The notes beneath the pieces were generated by a model. It did no database searches. It saw nothing but the letters and a program-made list of their open reading frames with translations, and was not told where the DNA came from. DNA of 64,000 nucleotides from a virus: IMG/VR virus record IMGVR_UViG_2912844605_000003; one strand, written 5' to 3'. The position numbers and the translations under genes were made by a program. Shown here piece by piece: positions 56,548-64,000 of this stretch (the stretch's first letter is position 1; each line of letters opens with the position of its first letter).

Positions 56548-57070
56548 AGTCCGGCTTATACAAGTAACTGATTATAACATCATTCAAGATTTCAAATGTG
56601 GCAATCCCACCATAGAGAGATATTTAAAACAAGATGCCTACTTCGACACGATAGATCACTTTTCGAGTACAAGCTTAGTTTTCTATAAAGAAAATGAAGA
56701 AAAAGAAGACTTAGTAGGCTTTTTCACATTAAAAAATGTACCTCTCAGAATTAGCATTCCTTCTGATGAGTTGTCCACTAACTACAGTTTAGAGATTGCT
56801 AGAATCGCCGTAGATGTAAAATATCAAGAGAACGGCTTTGGTACAATGATGTTAAATACAATTAAAAATTTGGCCCAAACAACGAATCAACGATTTGTCA
56901 CACTAGATGCATTAATTGAAAGATATGATTGGTATGCAAAACGGGACTTTGAAGCTTTCATTGAAAATGAAGCAAAACTGAGCAATAAAGAAGGTTTAGT
57001 ATATATGTACTCTGATTTGCTTGACGAAAACGCTATTGATGCATATCTAGAGGATGAACAGATTGTTTAG
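56513..57070 (+). CDS. GNAT acetyltransferase, TacT/AtaT toxin-like
   Basis: FKCGNPTIERYLK, LVGFFTL, IARIAVDVKYQENGFG (acetyl-CoA motif), VTLDA...WYAKRDF. Confidence 0.85.
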   Translation: MENKKIDLSKIKVRLIQVTDYNIIQDFKCGNPTIERYLKQDAYFDTIDHFSSTSLVFYKENEEKEDLVGFFTLKNVPLRISIPSDELSTNYSLEIARIAVDVKYQENGFGTMMLNTIKNLAQTTNQRFVTLDALIERYDWYAKRDFEAFIENEAKLSNKEGLVYMYSDLLDENAIDAYLEDEQIV

Positions 57071-57115
57071 TCATATTTTTTCTAACCTCGCATATACTGC
57101 ATTGAGGTGGTAAAA

Positions 57116-57241
57116 ATGTGTACAAGCAATAAAAAATCAATTGTCACAGGCAAAGATGCCAAAAAGTTTGTAGATAAAGCATTAAAAAAACAAAGATTAG
57201 TAGAAAATAGAAGAAAAAAAAGAAAACTATCAAAAGACTAA
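57116..57241 (+). CDS. 41-aa basic peptide, paralog of the peptide upstream of the GNAT
   Basis: GAGGTGG RBS; MCTSNKKSIVTGKDAKKFVDKALKKQRLVENRRKKRKLSKD. Confidence 0.65.
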   Translation: MCTSNKKSIVTGKDAKKFVDKALKKQRLVENRRKKRKLSKD

Positions 57242-57499
57242 AGAGGCTTTATCGCCCTCTCTTTCAAACCGAAACCTAAAACCCATTTCAATGGGTTTTT
57301 AAATTTTTGCGGATTACTCTTTACTTTTTTCAGATCAGGGGAAAGTGGCTCTCGAATTGCAGTAATAGGTGGTTGATTTTCAGCGTAGAAGTATTCTCTC
57401 TCCTTTTGTAGAAATTTAACCATAAAATTTCTTCCCTTCGTTTTTAAATATTAAAACTTTCCACATTTTTCTCGATAATAGTATTGAGGTGATTATGTA

Positions 57500-57922
57500 A
57501 TGGAAAGTAATACAGTAACACACCAGCTTCTTTCACTTGATACTAAACAATTTCTTGAATATATCAAAAATGATTTTGGGTATCTGAATAAGACTGAAGA
57601 AAGCAGAAGCAAAATTCTAAATTCATTGAGAGAAATTGACACTGACTCTTTGATTTTTATTGAAGCAAGACTTGAGAATCTTCAAAAACAATTTGACCAC
57701 ACTAAACATTTACCTTGGATTTTAGCAGTTTGGAATATTGCAATGGGGTTTTACCAGACATTATTTAAGTCTTATCCCCTTATTAATACTTTTCTCATAG
57801 GCGGTGGGACTCTTGCATTCTGGTGGGCTTATTACAAAGACAGAAAAAATTTATTGGCTGTAAATTATTTGATTGATTTGCTTGGAAGGATAAAGAAAGA
57901 AAAAGAGGATAATACTAAATGA
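57500..57922 (+). CDS. 2-TM membrane protein
   Basis: 140 aa; GAGGTGA RBS; two hydrophobic helices. Confidence 0.75.
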   Translation: MESNTVTHQLLSLDTKQFLEYIKNDFGYLNKTEESRSKILNSLREIDTDSLIFIEARLENLQKQFDHTKHLPWILAVWNIAMGFYQTLFKSYPLINTFLIGGGTLAFWWAYYKDRKNLLAVNYLIDLLGRIKKEKEDNTK

Positions 57923-58013
57923 TCTTTATCAATTCTTTTTATTAGCTTTTATACGGGAAATTCCCTAAGACATCATTCCGTATAAAGAGAAACACAGAAC
58001 TATTACATAAAAT

Positions 58014-58049
58014 AAGAAAGAGGAATGCATTAAGCGTTCCTCTTTCTTT
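58014..58049. terminator. Bidirectional terminator
   Basis: AAGAAAGAGGAA-11 nt-TTCCTCTTTCTT between convergent genes. Confidence 0.75.
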
Positions 58050-58067
58050 GTTTAAAAAATTCTGTTG

Positions 58068-58262
58068 CTAATTCGCTACGGGCCTTTTACTTTTGAATAA
58101 TCGTACGATAAAGGTGAACGCCGATGAACAAATCAAGCTAACCAACAACAAATTCAAAATTGAAATGACTTGTAATCCATCAGTGTTTAATTGAAATCCG
58201 AAAAACAAAGCAAAAAAGAGAAATGAAAATGCGAAGGTCTTAGAAAGGAAAAACTGTTTCAT
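58068..58262 (-). CDS. Small 2-TM membrane protein (immunity-like)
   Basis: 64 aa, hydrophobic; AAGGAGGTGA RBS. Confidence 0.7.
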   Translation of the reverse strand: MKQFFLSKTFAFSFLFFALFFGFQLNTDGLQVISILNLLLVSLICSSAFTFIVRLFKSKRPVAN

Positions 58263-58281
58263 AAAATATCACCTCCTTTGT

Positions 58282-59115
58282 TTATTTTACGCTTGTTTTC
58301 TTATAAACTGTTCCTTTTTTATTACCTGTTAAATAAACTTTGATGTATTGATCTTGGACTACCAAGCCATAACCATTAATTTCGAGACCAAAGTGGAAAT
58401 TTCCTCTTCCGTAAACCTCAGCGTAATTAGATCCTTTTTTATATGTGCTCTTTTGCCAGTTGGAAACTTGCCAGATGGATAAGAATCCTCTTGTATACCA
58501 TGCATCATTTAACTTCGGTTTAACATCGGTACCATTGTATTGGAAATACCCCTTTGTCTTAACTGTGAAAAGCTTCATATTTAAAAAGTTTTTGGCCGTA
58601 TAGCTATGTGTGTATGTTTTTGTGTTTTTGTATTTTGCTGCTGCTATTTCAACATCAGATGAAGTTGGTGGTGTTTCTTCTTCGGTGGTAGACTCAATGA
58701 AGTAAACTGGAGTATTTGTGAATGTAACGGAGATGTTTTCGTTAAGTTTGTGTGTGGTGAATTGACCTATATCAACGTTTGATTGGATGTACTTATCAAT
58801 ATCAAGTTCTTTTTTTGTGTTGTCAACATTCGGTAATATTGTTTTGCTGTTAGTTTCAACATAATATTTTGTCAAAGCCTTTTCGGTGAATTCGTTTTTA
58901 GAATTGAACTGATCTACTGCATTTTCTAATTGTTCTTCATCTTGAGGATTAGAGATTTTTAGTGTAACTAAAAGCAAATCTTGATATTCTTGAATTGAAT
59001 TGATCTCATTCTTTTCGCTTGCACTTGCTGTTTTACTTCCAGTGGCAAATGTGAAAGATGAGAGAATTAACACGAAACCCAAAATAGAAAAAAGTGTTTT
59101 TTTAAATTTCCCCAT
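58282..59115 (-). CDS. Secreted protein of unknown function
   Basis: ATG 59115 behind AAGGAG; Sec signal MGKFKKTLFSILGFVLILSSFTFATGSKTASA; aromatic, beta-rich C-terminal domain. Confidence 0.8.
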   Translation of the reverse strand: MGKFKKTLFSILGFVLILSSFTFATGSKTASASEKNEINSIQEYQDLLLVTLKISNPQDEEQLENAVDQFNSKNEFTEKALTKYYVETNSKTILPNVDNTKKELDIDKYIQSNVDIGQFTTHKLNENISVTFTNTPVYFIESTTEEETPPTSSDVEIAAAKYKNTKTYTHSYTAKNFLNMKLFTVKTKGYFQYNGTDVKPKLNDAWYTRGFLSIWQVSNWQKSTYKKGSNYAEVYGRGNFHFGLEINGYGLVVQDQYIKVYLTGNKKGTVYKKTSVK

Positions 59116-59475
59116 AGTTAACAGCTCCTTTTTTGATTGATAATAGAGCCTTCTATGTTGATTCAACCTGTTGTAGGCATTTTATAATACGTCCCTCCTT
59201 TCAATTAGAACCATAACATATAATCTATGTCCAATTCCATACATTTTATCAATTTTAAGGTAATATTATTTACTCATAAGTGAATGACACCCAAAAATCA
59301 CAATAGGACATATAAACTATTCCCTTTCTAGTGAAGGGAATTTAATATTGATATATTAGAGAGCCATTTTTATAACAATAGATAGCAGGTAAAGGCACGT
59401 TCTATTCATCCCACTCTGTTCTAAACTTTTGGCAACAGTGGTATAATGTAGGAAAATGATACCGGCGGTGGTTGA

Positions 59476-60159
59476 ATGGGATATAAGTTAATGGCTTATG
59501 GTGGCTATTTTTTATTCTGTCTTTTCTTTTTGTTAATGGATGGCTGGAGAGGCATGGGAATTTGCTTAATAATTGCAGGATTAGCTCTATTAGCACTTGA
59601 GCCCTATAAAATTAAAGCCCAAAAAAATATAGATAAACTAAAAGAAAATGCGGAAACACTTAAGCACTACGACAGTGGTTTTAATCCAGACAATTTCTTT
59701 AATACTTACAAAACTAAAATTGCTTTTAAAGAATCTGATTCTCTTGTGAAAATATATCAGCTTAATAGAAATGAACACATTGAAGAATACACAATCCCTT
59801 TTTCTAATATTATTGAATCCGAAATTACTTTGGACAATCAAATAATTTCTAAAGTATCAAAATCGGGAATTGTAGCTGGTGGCCTGTTAGCTGGAGGCAT
59901 TGGAGCTGCACTTGGAGGGTTGTCTGCCTCTTCAATACAAAATGAAATGGTCAAATCCGTCACGCTAAAGATTACTGTTGAAGACCTAAGTAAACCTATC
60001 CATTACATCGATTTTCTCCCCACACAAGAAGTTGAAGAGTATAATACTCAGGGGTATAAGAAAGATAGCAATATCATTCAACAAGCACTTAAGAATGCAG
60101 AATATTGGCATGGTGTTATGGATGTAATTATTAAGAAAGCAAACAAAGTCGCTCAATAA
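59476..60159 (+). CDS. yomJ: YomJ membrane protein (SPbeta immunity-associated)
   Basis: 227 aa; N-terminal TM segments; GxxxG-rich central helix; directly upstream of yomI. Confidence 0.85.
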   Translation: MGYKLMAYGGYFLFCLFFLLMDGWRGMGICLIIAGLALLALEPYKIKAQKNIDKLKENAETLKHYDSGFNPDNFFNTYKTKIAFKESDSLVKIYQLNRNEHIEEYTIPFSNIIESEITLDNQIISKVSKSGIVAGGLLAGGIGAALGGLSASSIQNEMVKSVTLKITVEDLSKPIHYIDFLPTQEVEEYNTQGYKKDSNIIQQALKNAEYWHGVMDVIIKKANKVAQ

Positions 60160-60175
60160 CTGAGTGGCTTTTTTC
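60146..60175 (+). terminator. Terminator after yomJ
   Basis: AAGTCGCTCA-5 nt-TGAGTGGCTT followed by a U-run. Confidence 0.75.
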
Positions 60176-60212
60176 TTTGTCCTCTCCCCTACTGAAAGGA
60201 AGTGATTCTTAC

Positions 60213-63200
60213 TTGAGTCAAAACCTCAAAATTGTACTAACCCCACAAGCTGATACCTCATCTAAAACTGTCGAACAGTTAAATCAGCAAATTAAATCTC
60301 TGGAAAAGAAACTCAACTCCCTCAAGCTCAATACGAATATTGATTCTACAACCTTAAAAGCTCTGCAAGAATTCTCCTCTGCTGTCGATGCATATCAGAA
60401 AAACCTAAAATCCTATAATCAAACAGTTAGAGAAACCTCAACAGTAATTAAGAATGCTGACGGATCGGTTGAAAAACTCACCCAGCAATATAAGAAGAAT
60501 GGTGAAATACTTCAACGCGAAACGAAAATAATCAATAATCGCAATACTGCTCTAAAGCAAGAAACTCAAGAGGTTAACAAGCTTACACAGGCCACTGAGA
60601 AACTAGGACAGGTTCAAAAAAAGACTGTGCAGAGAAATCTGCAAGGACAGTCAACAAAGGTTGTGCAGAAAAATCGTCACGGGTTCGATGATATTGTTTA
60701 TACAACTGATCCTAAAACTAATTCGACTTCTTCAAAAACTACAACTAATTATGACCAACAAAGGAGAGCAATTGAGCAGCTTAAGCAAGATCTAGAGAAG
60801 CTTAGACAACAAGGTATTGTTACTGATACGACCATCTCATCTCTTGGCCGAAAAATAAACACAGCTCAATCCGCTCAACAAATTGAAGCACTGCAAAATA
60901 GGATAAGGATGTTAGATGATAAATCTGCTGCAGTTGCGAAGAACAACGAATTAAAGAAAACCATTGAATTATATCAGCGACAGGCACAAGTAAATGTTCA
61001 AAACCTAAATACACGGTATGGCAGTTCTATGGGCTCTAGTAATAGACAAGCTGTTCAAGATTATTTGAATGCAGTAAATAGTCTTAATGTAAGCACTGGA
61101 AGCAATAATATCAGATCACAGATTCAAAGCTTGAATATGCAATTTAGAGAATTAGCCTCCAGCGCTCAAGCGGCTGCTAATCAAGCCTCTTCTTTTGGAG
61201 CAGAACTAACCCAAACCTTCAAAAGCATGTCCACCTATTTAATCTCCGGTTCTTTATTCTATGGGGCTATCTCTGGACTTAAAGAAATGGTATCCCAGGC
61301 AGTTGAAATTGATACGCTCATGACAAATATCCGCCGTGTTATGAATGAGCCGGACTATAAATATAATGAACTTCTCCAAGAATCTATTGACTTAGGTGAT
61401 ACACTTTCAAATAAAATCACAGATATTCTCCAAATGACAGGCGATTTTGGGAGAATGGGCTTCGATGAAAGTGAACTCTCCACGTTAACGAAAACTGCTC
61501 AAGTTCTTCAAAATGTCTCCGATTTAACTCCCGATGATACAGTTAATACTCTTACGGCAGCAATGCTCAACTTTAATATTGCAGCCAATGATTCAATATC
61601 AATTGCAGATAAATTAAATGAGGTTGATAATAACTATGCTGTTACAACACTCGATCTAGCGAATTCTATCCGGAAAGCAGGTTCAACTGCTTCTACATTC
61701 GGGGTCGAGTTAAATGATCTTATTGGTTACACAACCGCAATTGCTAGTACAACACGTGAATCAGGGAATATCGTCGGTAACTCTCTAAAGACAATTTTCG
61801 CTCGAATTGGGAATAATCAAAGCTCAATTAAAGCGTTAGATGAAATCGGTATTTCTGTCAAAACAGCTAGTGGAGAAGCTAAATCAGCAAGTGATTTAAT
61901 TAGTGAAGTTGCTGGTAAGTGGGATACTCTTACTGATGCTCAAAAGCAAAATACTTCAATTGGAGTAGCTGGTATTTATCAGTTATCCCGTTTTAATGCA
62001 ATGATGAACAACTTCTCTATTGCTCAGAATGCGGCAAAAACTGCAGCTAACTCTACGGGAAGCGCATGGAGCGAGCAACAAAAATATGCTGATAGTCTAC
62101 AAGCTAGGGTAAATAAGCTTCAAAATAACTTTACTGAATTTGCTATTGCTGCTTCAGATGCTTTTATTAGCGATGGATTAATTGAGTTCACTCAAGCAGC
62201 AGGTTCTTTACTTAACGCTTCAACAGGAGTAATCAAATCAGTTGGGTTCCTACCTCCCCTTTTAGCTGCAGTAAGCACTGCAACCCTTTTGCTCAGTAAG
62301 AATACCCGCGCATTAGCCACCACCCTAATTTTGGGCACACGTGCAATGGGGCAAGAAACTTTAGCAACTGCTGGGCTAGAAGCTGGTATGACTCGTGCAG
62401 CAGTCGCCTCAAGAGTTCTAAAAACTGCTCTTCGAGGGTTGCTTGTTTCAACATTAGTTGGCGGTGCGTTTGCTGCTTTAGGATGGGCGCTAGAATCATT
62501 AATTTCTTCTTTTGCAGAAGCTAAAAAAGCTAAAGATGATTTTGAGCAGAGCCAGCAAACCAATGTCGAAGCAATTACGACCAATAAAGACTCCACTGAT
62601 AAACTAATACAGCAATATAAAGAGCTTCAAAAAGTTAAAGAGTCAAGATCTTTAACTTCAGATGAAGAGCAAGAATACCTTCAAGTCACTCAGCAATTAG
62701 CACAAACTTTCCCTGCATTAGTTAAAGGCTATGATTCTCAAGGAAATGCAATTCTTAAGACAAATAAAGAGCTTGAAAAAGCGATTGAGAATACTAAAGA
62801 GTATTTGGCTTTAAAGAAACAAGAAACAAGAGACAGCGCAAAGAAAACATTCGAAGACGCTTCTAAGGAAATTAAAAAGTCTAAGGATGAATTAAAGCAG
62901 TACAAACAAATAGCTGATTACAACGATAAAGGTAGACCTAAATGGGATCTCATTGCAGATGACGATGACTATAAGGTTGCAGCTGATAAAGCTAAACAAA
63001 GCATACTCAAAGCTCAATCTGACATTGAGAGTGGAAATGCTAAAGTTAAAGATAGCGTCCTTTCAATTGCAAATGCTTATAGTTCAATTGATATCAGTAA
63101 TACTTTAAAGGCAAGTATTAGTGATGTTGTCAACAAACTTAACTTAAAAGATAATTTAAATCCTGAAGAATTAGAAAAATTCTCCTCTTCTTTAGGAAAG

Positions 63201-64000
63201 CTTCAAGAAAAAATGCAAAAAGCTTTAGATTCAGGCGATGAAAAAGCTTTCGATAATGCAAAAAAAGATCTTCAAAGTCTCTTAGAAACATATTCTAAAT
63301 CCGATTCCTCTATTGATGTTTTTAAAATGAGCTTCGACAAAGCACAGAAGAACATAAAAGATGGAGATAAGAGCTTATCTTCCGTTAAATCTGAAGTTGG
63401 CGATTTGGGTGAGACGCTAGCAGAAGCAGGTAACGAGGCAGAAGATTTTGGTAAGAAGCTAAAAGAAGCTCTGGATGCAAATAGTGTGGATGATATTAAG
63501 GCAGCTATTAAAGAAATGTCAGATGCTATGCAGTTTGATTCCGTTCAAGATGCCTTAAATGGGGATATTTTTAATAACACCAAAGATCAAGTGGCTCCTC
63601 TCAATGATCTTCTAGAAAAAATGGCTGAAGGTAAAAGCATTTCTGCAAATGAAGCTAATACCCTTATTCAAAAAGATAAGGAACTTGCCAAGGCTATTAG
63701 CATCGAAAATGGCGTTGTGAAAATTAACCGTGATGAAGTTATCAAACAAAGAAAAGTTAAACTTGATGCTTATAACGACATGGTTACCTATAGCAATAAG
63801 TTGATGAAAACAGAAGTTAACAACGCTATCAAAACCTTAAACGCTGATACTTTACGGATTGACAGCCTAAGAAAGCTACGAAAAGAACGTAAGCTTGATA
63901 TGTCTGAGGCTGAACTTTCAGACCTAGAAGTTAAGTCAATAAATAATGTTGCAGATGCAAAAAAAGAACTTAAAAAGCTTGAAGAGAAAATGCTTCAACC
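60213..64000 (+). CDS. yomI: Tape measure protein / CwlP (5' part; runs off the window)
   Basis: TTG behind GAAAGGAAGTGA: MSQNLKIVLTPQADTSSKTVEQLNQQIK...; long helical ORF with tape-measure core motifs (NEVDNNYAVTT, ESGNIVGNSLKTIFARI). Confidence 0.93.
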   Translation, partial: MSQNLKIVLTPQADTSSKTVEQLNQQIKSLEKKLNSLKLNTNIDSTTLKALQEFSSAVDAYQKNLKSYNQTVRETSTVIKNADGSVEKLTQQYKKNGEILQRETKIINNRNTALKQETQEVNKLTQATEKLGQVQKKTVQRNLQGQSTKVVQKNRHGFDDIVYTTDPKTNSTSSKTTTNYDQQRRAIEQLKQDLEKLRQQGIVTDTTISSLGRKINTAQSAQQIEALQNRIRMLDDKSAAVAKNNELKKTIELYQRQAQVNVQNLNTRYGSSMGSSNRQAVQDYLNAVNSLNVSTGSNNIRSQIQSLNMQFRELASSAQAAANQASSFGAELTQTFKSMSTYLISGSLFYGAISGLKEMVSQAVEIDTLMTNIRRVMNEPDYKYNELLQESIDLGDTLSNKITDILQMTGDFGRMGFDESELSTLTKTAQVLQNVSDLTPDDTVNTLTAAMLNFNIAANDSISIADKLNEVDNNYAVTTLDLANSIRKAGSTASTFGVELNDLIGYTTAIASTTRESGNIVGNSLKTIFARIGNNQSSIKALDEIGISVKTASGEAKSASDLISEVAGKWDTLTDAQKQNTSIGVAGIYQLSRFNAMMNNFSIAQNAAKTAANSTGSAWSEQQKYADSLQARVNKLQNNFTEFAIAASDAFISDGLIEFTQAAGSLLNASTGVIKSVGFLPPLLAAVSTATLLLSKNTRALATTLILGTRAMGQETLATAGLEAGMTRAAVASRVLKTALRGLLVSTLVGGAFAALGWALESLISSFAEAKKAKDDFEQSQQTNVEAITTNKDSTDKLIQQYKELQKVKESRSLTSDEEQEYLQVTQQLAQTFPALVKGYDSQGNAILKTNKELEKAIENTKEYLALKKQETRDSAKKTFEDASKEIKKSKDELKQYKQIADYNDKGRPKWDLIADDDDYKVAADKAKQSILKAQSDIESGNAKVKDSVLSIANAYSSIDISNTLKASISDVVNKLNLKDNLNPEELEKFSSSLGKLQEKMQKALDSGDEKAFDNAKKDLQSLLETYSKSDSSIDVFKMSFDKAQKNIKDGDKSLSSVKSEVGDLGETLAEAGNEAEDFGKKLKEALDANSVDDIKAAIKEMSDAMQFDSVQDALNGDIFNNTKDQVAPLNDLLEKMAEGKSISANEANTLIQKDKELAKAISIENGVVKINRDEVIKQRKVKLDAYNDMVTYSNKLMKTEVNNAIKTLNADTLRIDSLRKLRKERKLDMSEAELSDLEVKSINNVADAKKELKKLEEKMLQ

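Larger units (their letters stand above)
1..64000. mobile_element. SPbeta-like prophage/temperate phage, internal segment (yorA to yomI); both ends lie outside the window
   Basis: Continuous SPbeta synteny: pghZ, yoqW, ligB, yopX, yopM-R, aimR/aimP, yonV, yonT, yonO, terminase, portal, capsid, tail, yomI. AT-rich throughout. Confidence 0.97.

Noticed and set aside
1295-62596. Many 60-185 aa ORFs antisense or out of frame to real genes (for example 1627-1908, 10459-10989, 11351-11815, 21912-22469, 33401-33703, 62192-62596)
   Set aside because: Shadow ORFs of well-supported genes; no RBS and no recognisable motifs.
1-64000. att sites, integrase, IS elements, rRNA
   Set aside because: None is recognisable; the prophage boundaries lie outside the window.

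Overview
The whole 64 kb window lies inside a Bacillus subtilis-group SPbeta-like temperate phage or prophage. Gene order matches SPbeta from yorA to yomI. The left ~31 kb is mostly on the minus strand. It holds the early/accessory yoq-yop genes, the sro repressor operon yopM-yopR, an arbitrium system (aimR, aimP with peptide GMPRGA, AimR operator), yonV and the yonT/yoyJ/SR6 toxin-antitoxin locus. From ~31.8 kb the plus strand carries YonO RNA polymerase, HU, packaging, head and tail genes, and the 5' part of the tape measure gene. No att site or integrase is in the window. The most unusual features are five. (1) A 78-bp in-frame copy of an internal piece of the host glyA gene sits inside a tRNA-like RNA fold, at the start of a ~1.3 kb hairpin-dense non-coding locus. 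(2) A GNAT toxin-like gene is flanked on both sides by paralogous small VTGKDA peptides. (3) A glycerophosphodiesterase lipoprotein gene is inserted in the tail module. (4) A TagC/receptor-binding-like gene sits in the early region. (5) A cassette of nuclease and membrane genes lies upstream of aimR. Gene names come from my recall of SPbeta order, lengths and motifs; no database search was run.
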